Below are positions 52,699 through 64,000 of a stretch of DNA of 64,000 bases, piece by piece (the stretch's first letter is position 1; each line of letters begins with the position of its first letter). The position numbers were made by a program, and so were the translations under genes. The stretch spans positions 3,280,739-3,344,738 of the forward strand of contig BFEA01000016.1 in the NCBI GenBank assembly GCA_003427395.1, in the 5' to 3' direction. The notes below the pieces were generated by a model, which was not told the origin of the DNA, did no database searches, and saw only the letters and a program-made list of their open reading frames with translations. This DNA is from Chara braunii. Taxonomy: Eukaryota; Plantae; Charophyceae.

Positions 52699-52882
52699 CG
52701 AAAATATCGGTGTCGTTATTTATCAAATTGTGCCAATCATTCACAAATTTCGACAGCCAGGGAAGGGCTACCACCGCCCATCTAAACAGTGCGTCTACCT
52801 CTTTATCGATCGGTGCGTTACCTCGTCAAAGGTTCGACAAAATCCTGCAACACTCCCAGAGCTCAACGGTAGTACAGCCACA

Positions 52883-54067
52883 TCATGCCTGTTTCTCTTT
52901 CTCGGAGTCTTTCGACTCATCCGACTCACCCGACTCTTCGGTCTCAGAGTCGCTATCCTCAGAGCTAAGTGGTGGGTTTGCTGACTTAGCCTTACCCATT
53001 GTTGCATAAGTGGGTGGCTGCGCCGCGCCCAGTCCATGTTCGTAAGCAACCTGAGCTCTATGCTCTGCCAAAGCTGCTACGGCCTGCCCTTTCCTCACGT
53101 ATATTACCCCCGCGCTTTTACATAATCACTGTACTTCACGGTTCTCCAAAGCTTCGAGGTACTTCTCAGTGTCCTGGATGAACTTCTCTTGTGCTCCTGG
53201 TCCCAATCCTGTCGATGCCCCTTTCAACGAAGGGTCGCTCTTCTCTTGTAACGCCCTCATGGTAATAGGCTTCAACGAAGTCTTCATCTTCTTACTTGAA
53301 GTAGGTGGTCTTCCCCTCCTCACTCGACTTTGCATCAATGGAGTAGTGGCCGGACTGGACTCAGATTCTTCCTCCTTCGTAGTGATGACTCTCTTTCGCT
53401 TATCGGACAGTGCCAAGTTTTCTGTTCGTTGGCTGATATCCAAGATCGCATCGTCAGATTCGGATACCGAACTCCCTCAGTAGTCACGACGCTTCCGCGC
53501 TGCTCTTTGCTCCCGTCGACGTCTGCTTCGACTTTTTCTTACCTCAGGTGAGTATTTACCTCCCATATACTCATGTCTCTTCCCGTATCTTTTCGAAAAC
53601 TGGATATTCATGATTCTCGCCAGTCTCTGCTCGTTCTTCTCCTGTTCCTGTTTTCGCTTCTGTTCCTTCCTCAATCTTTTTCCTTCTTTCGCGATTCTCT
53701 CCTCTTCCAACCTCAGTCTATCCTCCTTCTCCTGCTTCTTCTTCGCCTTCGCTTCTTCCTTTGCCACCAGGAGTGTCACAAGATCCTTCACGCTATTTGA
53801 TCCTCCGCTACCTCGTCCTTGTTCGTACCAAGAAGATCCACGTATCTGCTCCCATCTTCGGTTCGACGGGGAGACTGTTCGACTTTGTGGTTGCTTGGAT
53901 CCATCCCCTTGTTTAGCATTCAAGGCTTCATACCGATCATTCCAATGCATCCAATATTTGCGAGCGTAATGTCCAAGTTGCTTGCAACTGTAGCAAGTAG
54001 GCGGGCCCTTTCGCGACGGCTCCCTACTTCCACCTTCGTTCCCTCCTTGTTGGTTGGATGACGCCAT
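52883..54067 (-). pseudogene. PLE N-terminal region: CCHC zinc knuckle, coiled coil, SAP-like motif
   Basis: MASSNQQ...CYSCKQLGHYAR; K/E-rich helix; YLEALENREVQ*LCKARG...RKGQAVAALAEHR across a stop and a frameshift. Confidence 0.6.
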
Positions 54068-57000
54068 CACGTACCCAAAAACATATGACTCGTCCCGTCG
54101 TCGACGATAAACAAAAAATCGTAATATCTTCGGCAACTTCCAAATACTTGACCACCATATGAAGTGTCGTCCCTCCGCAGGTTACCAATGGCTTCAACCG
54201 AACCTGGGAAAGCCCCAGGAGTCATGTCAACCAAAAGAGGACTAAACACTAGTCTAAAGCTTCTATATGTAGTAAGCTAGAAAAAATCATCACACAACAA
54301 ACTGGCCGTCAGTTTCCAAACGTGGTCCCAATTCCTCGCGAAGTTGCTCAATTCCTTCGAGAAGAACCGGTTGTAGAAGTCCTTTGCTCGGTACTCCCTT
54401 ATGAGCGTCAGAACCTGGCCCGGAATTCGATCACGAATCGTAGTATTCCGGTCAATACTGTAAAGCCATCCCGTAATAGAGACCAACTTCTGCTTCCTGC
54501 AGGACTAGGACCCAAAATCCTGACCTGTTCGAAAAACCAGGCTGGAAGAGGCCCAGATCGTCGATTCATTCGTAGTCTTTTGAAAACAGCCTAGGTATGG
54601 GAAGATCGACTTCGCTTCCATTCTGCACCCCAAAAAATCCCAGGTTCCTGAGCCTTCACCAGTCCTCTTCAGGCTCAAGGCACTTGGGTAGTAGCTTTCA
54701 AAAGCCTTACGAATCTTGTTTGCCCTGACCATGGTACGTCCATCCCTTTTCCGGTAAACCAAAAAGATGGATACGTCGTCCATGAGTCGCACACCATATG
54801 CAGTGCTATGGACTTTTGTTTGGGGTCTATTAGACCCAGACCACCCTCCTGCAGTTTTCTGATGATGTGATTTGAGGCTGCCCTATTGATGCTCGTGGTT
54901 TTGTTAGGGACTTTGATCCACATACACAAGCGGTTAACAGGGACGCCCACTTTTCAGCCCTGGTTAACCCCCTCTTGCTCTGTTTTTTTTTAAGTTTTGA
55001 GGTCGTCATCAGGGGGGGGACAGATGGATGCCATGTACCACAGAGTGGAGAAGATTGTTGTATTTATTTATAGTGCTCTTCTTATTAGAGAGGCTTGAGC
55101 GTTTTTGCACAGGGTGAAACAAGTAATTGCCCTAACGAATAAGTTTGGGCCTATTCCTGGCCACACACCATTTTGTTTTCCATGATGCCAAGAAATCGTA
55201 GTGCTTGATGACCAGAAGACCAAGACATGGGTGTGGATGTGTCTGCAAGTTGGGGTGGAGTGCCGTCTGCCAGCCACCATCCTTCGGTTTTACCCCAGTT
55301 AACCTTCATTTTTTATGCCACCGTTTTCACCCGGAAATAATGCTCGGGCGTTGTATACAAATATAACGCCTATCGGACCTTATATTCATTTATAATGGTT
55401 TGAGGTTGTACTCGGTAAATTGGTGGCAACTTCGGTGGGCCCCCAAAATTCCAAAAAAACAAAAATTCAAGAAATTTTGTAAACAAAATATGTTGTCCAG
55501 AATTGCAAGGTGACTATCTTTCGGTTGAGGGTCACTACAGAATTCCTTATAAACTCAGAAACCGTGTAGCACACCGAACATGTTCGGTGCCCCACCGAGC
55601 ATCTGAACATGCGGGAACCGAACATGTTCGGTCGAGCGCAAAGTAGAGGGTATAGGGGCCATTTCGGCCATTCTGGTCTCGGAGGGGGGATCGTGGGCGG
55701 CCACATGGATGTGTGCGTGTGTTTGTGATGATGTGTGTAAACACATATTGCGGACGCTTCAGCACATTACAAATACATGCTCCATCCCAGCATCACACCA
55801 CGGGATGCACCCCATTGGGATCCTGATAAATTTCATTCGTTTCCACAGATTCCATCACGTATGTAAAGGAAGAAGGTGCGAAAGAAAGATCCAATGAAAA
55901 CGAATATCAGGGCTTAAAGGAGTAGGGAACATTATTACCAAAAAACAATCCTACTGTCCATTCCACCATACAAAATGTGTATGCTACAAATGCATGTAAA
56001 GCAAAGTTTAAGATCACCCGACAAGCGGAAGGTTACAACATTCAAATAAATCCCAACACAGCTAAAGGAATTTTTTTCTAACTAAACCACCAGTCGACAT
56101 ACACCCCTGGAAATCTTTCGGACCAGGGGATCCTCCCAGACAAGCTGCTAGGATTCGAATGTGTCTATCAAACTGCAGAATGCTATTTCTCTATGATAAT
56201 ACCCGGGAAAAAAAAACTCAGAGGAATATTATTCATAGTTATCATGAGACAAACTCATTCACGACTCCAAATTCTCCCTCGATCCGAAACTTTGATTGAT
56301 TTCAGGAATTGAACATTACTCATTAGTCCAGGTTCTACCAGAAGAATAGGAGTAACACATAACGAATGGACCAACTTACTTCAGAATCTATGCTTCCACG
56401 CACTCAATCTGCAAACAGTGATATCACTCATGTTCCTGTTTAGTTTCTCATACCATCAAGAGGGCTAAAAAAATCAAACACAACCCTGCTATGTATGCCT
56501 TCCAGGTCTCGTCACATCTCGCCTCTCTTCAACAAGTAACGATCAAAGAATATATACCCCCCACCAGAACAAGCATTCACCCGCGCTCTACCATGCTAGA
56601 TCATCGCATCTCATTATGACATCGATATCATCGTCGCACCATCACCCCACAACAAAGTAGCACGTCACAAGCGATCCTCACGACATGCCTCAACTATACA
56701 ACCCCTTGCTCTCCCCGTGCCATTCTACATATTCATCGTCACCCCATACTCTGCCCATCTGCCTCGTATGCCAATCATTTCCCATCGATACCCAACAGAT
56801 TGCTCACACGCGAAACATCATCTTCAGGATCACTCGTGGCTGCTTAGCAGGACTCCGCAATCTGTCAGCAACGAACATTGCCCAAAGTACAAAAGACAAA
56901 CCCCTCAGGCAAACGCACCGGATAAAAATCGAGGAGAAGGGCATTTGATAGATGAAAGAACCCCACATTCCCCCAATCATATCGCAAGCAAACACTACCC

Positions 57001-57496
57001 TTCGCAACCAGGGTTTCAGCAGAACAAGAAGCACAACACAAAACAATCGTAAGTGCATTCCACAGCCACATTTATTATTTTACTTGTTATCTCCAAACAG
57101 AGGTTCTTAGAGTAAGTGTCACTCACCATTTTACCACACTACGGGTAGGTGAGAATCCTAAACGTCACATTAAGCTAGGGTGGTGTCAAACATCTTAAAA
57201 CATGCTTTTTGCCAGTCTTGCCACTGACATAGCTCATTAGAGGAACAATATAAGAGCACATAACATAACGTTAGAAAGGCATAACTGAGAACCATTAACC
57301 ATAACCTTGGGTACGTGAGGGGAGAGGGTGGGGGGTGGGGGCAGGGGACGCAGACAATCAACATTACCTCTGGTTGTGGCACGGTAGCTTCTACCTCTGC
57401 GAGGTGAGTATCTAGCATTTCCTCATATCCGAAAGGAGACTCCATACTGGTATAAGCAGACCCTCTCGTGAATTTAGCGAAACTGCAGCACGTGGC

Positions 57497-58290
57497 GAGT
57501 ATAAGGTGATTATGAGATTGATTGAGTTGACAGCGTTTGACTCTGCAACCTTGTTCAAAATGACTTTTAGATATATAGACGATCTGCATGTTATTAACAA
57601 CCCTACAATCCTGCAGTTTCTTGATCCTGAGCAACCCAGGGTATGCGACAACCCTTTCTGGATCTACCCCTTGCATATCATCGAGATTAAAAACCGAACT
57701 CACGACTTTACTATGGGCCTTGATCGGATGATTTATGGCATGTCAACACAATTTCTTTATTTGATCATCCAAGTAATCCCTGACACAAATGGGCAGGTTA
57801 TGACAATGAAGCATGACAAGACTCTGGCTCTATCTTTCAAGCCTGTTAGATTTGTGAGATTTGAGTCCAATAGGCCAATCAAGCAGTCGATCAATGTGAT
57901 CATTTCCCAAACGGCGCTGATCATGCTTTTATCCAACTCCCCTTTGTATGCGGCTAAGGACATTAAGAGCATGATTGATGTGATGGTGGAAAATGGTTTT
58001 TTGAAAAATAAATGCATTAGGATGGCGATCTTGGTCCTTGACCAACGCCAACTATTCCAGAAATTTCGTTGTTGTCACGTGGACACGAGGCGCCTCCTCA
58101 AGTTATGATGACATTTCTTGACTTGCCCCTATTTAATGCGTCTGTGGATGAGTGTCGTTGTGGTGGTGAACCCTCATTGGTCATTATGTAAACCTGGTGA
58201 GGGGATGTTGGGGGAGAAACCTGACCCAGTGGGTCAGGGTTCTCCCCTAACCCCCCCTGGGTCGGTCTTCCCCCGGCAGGTTAGGGGTGG
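57497..58290 (+). mobile_element. Inverted 3' half of a second Penelope-like element (RT motif C, thumb, 3' UTR)
   Basis: EYKVIMRL...TFRYIDDL...stop at 58108; 3' hairpin at 58207-58251; followed by (CA)n at 58293-58328. Confidence 0.85.
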
Positions 58291-58932
58291 GCCACACACA
58301 CACACACGCACACACGCACACACACACATTCAGGAGTCTGAGTCAATTTACCATTATAAATAGCTGTCGAATAGAGAAAAATGCCTGAGGAACAGGGTCA
58401 GTCAGTATTTTGCCCGTACAATATTTTGGCCTAGTTAGGTTCTAAACGAAACCCTTGTCGTGGGTGCTTCCCAATCCAAGAGGATATATAATGCACCGAA
58501 AGATTAGTTCCCGTCTACTTACCTACGAAGGCTCTTTGGGACCTGGTAGTAAAAATGTTAGTGTTAGAAAATTTCAGTTGGTCCCATGCTTTCAACTGCG
58601 CCGGTTCTTCCGGATTCGAGATTAGTGAGGAGCAAAGCATACTTAAGGAAGGGATTAACTGTCGGTTTAGTCCTCCTCAACTGGTCGGGTTAATGCGGTC
58701 ATGCATGAGGGAAAGTCGTTTCGTGGTCTTTCGTGCAGGAGCGCATTAACCGTAAGGACCAGGGTTTTGCCATTGATACCGAAGTGTTGCTATGTCGAAT
58801 TCTCCGTTTCGTGCCTCCGCGTCTGTCGCCTTCGAGTTCTCTGCTCGACCCTTCGGGTCCCTGCCAAGGTTGTCCCTCGCCATATCGGCAACACTCTCGA
58901 TATCGACATCACGGGTCCCCTTCGGTGTGGCA

Positions 58933-61827
58933 ATACTTAAAGAAATACGCATTGCACCAGATCGGACAGCACGAAAGTCCCATAGGTACTCCCTTCACTT
59001 GCTTCCAGATGGAATTCCCAAAAACAGTGAAACACCTTGTCAGGATCCACTCACACAAGGCAATGATACCCTTGACTTCTAACGAGAAGGAATTCGTCAT
59101 GGGTGGAGTAAAGGATTTAGCCAGATTGCATCGAAATTTTTCATTCCTCAGGTAAACACACCTTACACTAGTAAAACCAGCGGCTGTCCTCATCTGCTTA
59201 AATGCGAAGTTCACAAATAATTTGATAGCACTGACCAAACCATCATCAGTATCATCAATGAGGATGTTCTCAAAACATTTTGCAATGTCGGTAAAGAACA
59301 CAGAGAAAGCCTGAGATGAGAGATTATAACAGTAATTCTGGACATAATCAATAACCCACCAATACGTCGTGTCTACTCCATGAAGGCTCTTCGTTACTCC
59401 ATCCATCTAGCAGTTGTGCTCCATGACCACTTCCTTGAGGGAGGACAATATAGCATCTACTAGGAGTGCAGGGCACGTAAAAAAAGGAGTCAGACGCATT
59501 CGTAAGCCATCTAAAGGTCATCTTATGTTGTTTAAAAATTACCATAAGGTAGGGTACCCTCTCAGATTCGAACCTCATCAGTGAGAGCAATTTTTCTAAG
59601 GATGTCCTAGCCTCGCTCACCACTTGTCTCACCGAGATAATCCGGGTCCATAAGTCTCTCAAGGGCAAGGGCACGGATGAGGTGCTTACATACAAAGAAA
59701 GGAGTGTTAGTTGCTTTATCAGTGTCTGCCACATACATATGTTTCAGTAAAAAACTCACCTCGCTCTTGGTCTGGAACGAGACACTCCTTGTTGAGCATC
59801 TCCTCACCCGCTGATTCAACTCTTCGTTGAGCAAATCTTTCACGAAGTTAGTCATGTGTTTGACCAATGGTTTCGGGATGAACTCTGAATGTACCAGGAT
59901 AGCAATGGTGTCGTCCCAAGCCCTCATGAGTGCCACCATTGCCTGTTCCTTCGTGGGGGTTCTCAGTGGGATGTGGTTCAATCCTTTCTTCAACATATCG
60001 GTAAGATTGGGGTTTCCAACAATCATTGGATCCAACATTAATACATGTTTCGAAGCCGACTGGCAGGGTTGCTTCATGATGAGGGTTTCATCATTGAGGA
60101 ACGACTGGAAAAGTCCCTAATTAATACAAGGGCACAGTAACTCATCAGTCATCCAATCATACCACTCCTCCAGGTTGAACACCTCGAAGACAGATGTAGG
60201 TTTATATACATATCGACTGATAGGGTTATCATACGTCCAACCAAAACCGATAGATAAGAACACAGTCAGAATTTGAACACTTACAAACCGAGATGGGACA
60301 AATTCGAATACTTTTTTGGCATTGAGACCTTCAAAAATAATCCCAACATAGTGGATATATACGAATTTTGCACCACTCCCCTCCGGAAGCCTTTTCCACT
60401 TCATTCTCCCTAAGGGCCCAAGAACCAAGGACCCTCTGCATACCTGCAACATCCGATCAAACAGCAGCTCGCGAACTTCAACTATCGAATATCGCCCTGT
60501 TGACATTCCGGTATTGTCCGACATTTCCTTGATTGAGTGTCGCCAGTAGGCTGACTCTTCTTCCTCCAACAGAGGTAACTGTTGATTCGGGTGGGGTGCC
60601 AACATCACAGGTAGTGGATTGATTGGGAGGGATTGTGTTCACAAAACGGTCCATGGTCCCTTGTCTGTCCCCCTTAGGCCGCTTACTACCTGAGGAGGAC
60701 GCAGCCTCAGTCGTTCTCGACCTCTTCTTAACCTATTTGCTCATTAAGAGCAGTTTCACGCATTCTTTGAATGCCTTTGGGTCGGCGTCATTGAGACCGA
60801 CTAACAACGACTCAGAAGACACCGAGGGAGCTGCGATGATCTTCTTCGTGAGAAGCATCATTACTTCCCTCACACATCCGAACGACAGAGAGGTAAGCAT
60901 TAGCGGTTTCCAACACGTGGATAGACACTTGATCAACGATGATGCCTTCACCCTCGGGGTGGGTGCATCTGGGTATAGAATACCCAGATCGTAGAGAAGG
61001 AACCAGATCATATGGTCGAACCATGCAGGGCCAGTCCAACAGTCCGCCTTTCCTTCAGACGTACACCTGCACTTTAGGTACGGTCTCCCCACATTTCAAA
61101 TCCTTTTCAACTCGGCAAATGCTTACGGATTCTGGGCGGGGTTATTCCCTTTGATTAAGACATTCGGCTGAGGGGGAGAACACTTACTCAAAGTCTCATC
61201 CCCTTTGAATGGAAACCTAACGTCAGGAGGTGCCGTATTAATTTCAAGTGCTCTCTCATATGCGGATTTCATCTCATCTTGCGTCTGGGATGCTAGCAAT
61301 CTATACCCTGTATGATCTATCGGGGCAAGGTAATTGAAAGTCTTGAGGGACCAGATTTTGCCTGAGAAGGCAGTTGACATCGTTTCAACCCATCTGGGTG
61401 AGGCAAGAGGAAGGAATGTGTTTCTACACATATCCATGTACGTTTTCTTCTTCGATGAATCAAGGGAAGCCCTTGTCCTCACCACCTCAACATCCTTCAT
61501 CCTCATGTACTCCTTCTCCTCCATGATCATCTCATCCTCATCATCTTCCATCGCTACCTCATCCGCTATCACCACCTTACGCACCTCTTTTTCTCTGTGA
61601 AACTGTGAATCAGCAGACCAGAGTTTGACAAACCTAACTTCCGCATCAATCGTAGTACCACTTATCATTCTAACCTCACACACCGCTGCCTCACTCACAG
61701 CGATCGTTGATCTCGTCATCCTGTTCAAAGTGTCTACGAATTCATTCCTCATGTGACGGTGTCGGGACTGGTGGGTCCCGAATAACTTCCCATCACTCGA
61801 GAGATTGAATACGGACATTTTGTGCAC
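58933..61827 (-). mobile_element. 5' part of the second Penelope-like (Chlamys-like) element, disrupted ORF
   Basis: CPC, KGLNHIP, DKATNTPFFVCK, PYLMVIFKQHK..RWLTNA, DIAKCFENI (motif A), QVKGVPMGLSCCPIWCNAY (motif B); 5' limit not determined. Confidence 0.85.
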
Positions 61828-62319
61828 AACAGAGAAATCTGGAATGAGGAAGCAGGAGAGAGAAAAAACAAAGGATTAGGCTGTAGAAGGGAGTGATGCC
61901 CTGAGGAGAGAACCACAAGATGAAAGAAATAGCGGCGGCAAGCAAGCGAGCGCAAGAACAGGGGCACATAGAACATAGCAGGAGGCCGGGAGGGCCATTG
62001 GAATACAATAAGAATAAGGCCAAAGGACCCTTTGAACTAGCAATTGCAGCACGACAGCAATAAGGGAATGAGGAAGTTGAGGAATGGGCGGCCAGAAGCC
62101 GCGGGAAGCCAAGAAATGAGGGTCCAATGTGGGGGCCACCTATGGGAGCCTCGGAGCGGAGACCCGCGACCAAAGAGATCGGCACGCACAAGGCGCGAGG
62201 AAAGACTAAGGAGAGGGGTCGCTATGGGGCGACAAGACGCTCAAGGGGCATGGGACACCTCGGGGAAAAGCACCCGGGGCCACGTAGGACTAAGTAAAAA
62301 TAATGGCGTCCGGGGCGAA

Positions 62320-63960
62320 ATGTGTCGGGGACCGCCGACGGGACTAAGTATCGTGGACCGCCGACGAGACTAAGTGTCGGGGACCGCCGACGGGACTAAA
62401 GTGTCGGGGACCACCAACGGGACAAGTAGCGGGGACATGTGAAAATCCCAAAAAGAAACGGCATCACCGCATGAGGGGAAAATAATAAATGCAAGGCGCA
62501 CCGTCAAGATCGACATCTTGACGGCCAAGAATATTAGCACCACTAGTGCAAGTACTAGTGGTGACAAACGGGGAGGCCAACAGGAAAAGGAAGAGTCAAG
62601 AAAACTGAAGTGGGAGACATGGGAGCAATCCGAAAAATCTCGGATCAGCCTCCCTCAAGAAAATAGAGTCAAATGAGACCCCATGTGAAAAATAGCCCTC
62701 CGGGAGAAAATTGGAGTAGGAGGGACCATTGTGGGAGAAATGTAGGAGTAAAAGGAGGCTCCCATGGGCATGGGAATACCATTATTGCAGTCCGAGAAAT
62801 AACGGACTGCACCTTGGGCATAGGGAGGGCCAAAACTAAGAGGAAGAGGCTAGAAAAGGGCCTTAACGGTCACTTGACATTTGACATGCTAGAAAAAAGA
62901 GAGGAAAGAAAAAAAAAAGTGGGAGAATAAGACAAAAAAAGTGAGAGGGAGTGAGTGAGTTGGCCGTCAGTAGGGACTGACATGTCCCTACTGTCCAAGA
63001 AAGGAGGAGAAAAAGAAAAGAAAATAAAATAAAAGAAAAGAAAAGAGAAAAAGACCTTAACGGTAAAAAACGGTCACTTGGGGAGATTCATCCGTGACCA
63101 GATTCATTCTGGAATATGGCGGTTACAAAGGACTTGGATTTTCTTTGATTTTTGCAGAGAAAATCAAAGAAAATCAAGGCCTCTTGCAACCGGAATAAAA
63201 CGGAATACATGCATGAGGAGAAACACATGTTTTAGGTGCATCCGGAGCCAAAATCAAGGTCGGATGCACTTGGGAGTTGGCCGTTTCTTTTTCTTTTGAG
63301 TAAGGGCTAGTTGTGGGTCATTGGGGCTAAGGAATTGACCCCCATTGCAGTCCGAGTTGCAACGGACTGCATGGGAGAGAGAAAACACATGTTCTAGGTG
63401 CATCCGGAGCCAATATTGAGCCCGGATGCACTAGAAAATTTAACGCATCATTTTCTTTCAACATGGGGCAAGTTGTAGGGCTGTGGGTATGGAAAACAGC
63501 CATGACTACAGTCCGAGAAATTACGGACTGCATGGGGATGCGAAGGCCAAGGGGAAATGGACTACGGCAAACCCGAAAGGCTAGAAAAGAGCAATTTCGG
63601 CAAGGGGCAAGTAAATACGATAAACGGCAACCGTGAGATGAGATCTCACGGCCTAGAAAAATCAGCACACATGTAGAGATGATGGGACCACCAAGGGTAA
63701 GGAGGCCCGAAAATAAAAATGGGACGCCGTCCGGAATGTTGTCGGGGAGCAAATGGGTCCAAATAATAAAAATTGGAAAAACGGGACACGCGCGGGCGAG
63801 ACAAGGAAATGGAGCTAGCATGTAGGAAAATGGCGGGGACTTGGGATGTCCCAAGGGAACCATGAGCAAACACAAAGAATAATTGTGCAAGCGAGTGGCA
63901 CCGTCAAGATCAAGGATCTAGACGATGGAAAATATTAGCACCACTAGTGCAAGCACGAGT
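62320..63960. repeat. Mosaic of short tandem, dispersed and palindromic repeats
   Basis: GTGTCGGGGACCGCCGACGGGACTAA x4 (62320-62430); GCAGTCCG...CGGACTGC hairpins (~62787, ~63347, ~63508); GTGCATCCG...CGGATGCAC x2; GCACCGTCAAGATC...TAGCACCACTAGTGCAAG at ~62498 and ~63898. Confidence 0.75.
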
Positions 63961-64000
63961 GGGAGCAAGTGAGGAAGCCATGGGAGAAAGAAAAGTGGAA

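Larger units (their letters stand above)
49796..54800 (-). mobile_element. Penelope-like retroelement with N-terminal GIY-YIG (Naiad/Chlamys-type domain order) and pseudo-LTRs
   Basis: 11-bp TSD CAGTGCTATGG (49785-49795, 54801-54811); 602-bp direct repeats 49943-50544 and 54198-54799 containing the RT 3' end; GIY-YIG and RT motifs. Confidence 0.88.
49400..55320 (-). mobile_element. Old L1-clade LINE ORF2 fragment split by the Penelope-like insertion
   Basis: 54801-54950 encodes EGGLGLIDPKQKSIAL and continues at 49795 as IAL*MKWIIKIL; VNWGKTEGWWL near 55290; outer limits approximate. Confidence 0.7.

Noticed and set aside
52795-53130. In-frame TGA codons in the PLE as possible selenocysteine (some Naiad PLEs encode selenoproteins)
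   Set aside because: Several TGAs co-occur with frameshifts and are explained by CGA/TGG decay; no SECIS identified

Overview
Eukaryotic, repeat-rich nuclear DNA with several N gaps and scattered single Ns. The plant-type U6, 25S/28S rRNA and TTTAGGG sequences, the huge TE-filled introns and the Penelope-like retroelements point to a green plant, probably a Chara-like charophyte alga (inference). One host gene is visible: the 3' part of a VPS13-family lipid-transfer gene on the + strand, with 7 recognisable exons from 6531 to 40842, one exon with frame disruptions, and a long C-terminal extension. Its introns hold a full-length 10.6-kb L1-clade LINE (17-bp TSD), a 5'-truncated relative (10-bp TSD), three LTR relics and tRNA-derived SINEs; a hAT-like MITE lies just upstream of the first recognisable exon. 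Downstream are two tandem-repeat arrays and two Penelope-like elements. One has CCHC knuckle, N-terminal GIY-YIG and RT with pseudo-LTRs and a TSD; the other has no recognisable endonuclease and its RT is split by a clean inversion. The most striking theme is capture of cellular RNAs: a head-to-head SINE+U6 composite inside a single 13-bp TSD (apparent two-template twin priming), an LSU rRNA fragment with a TSD, a second U6 fragment and an organelle-type tRNA-Ser fragment. A type III hammerhead ribozyme motif also occurs in an intron. All calls are by eye; no searches were run.
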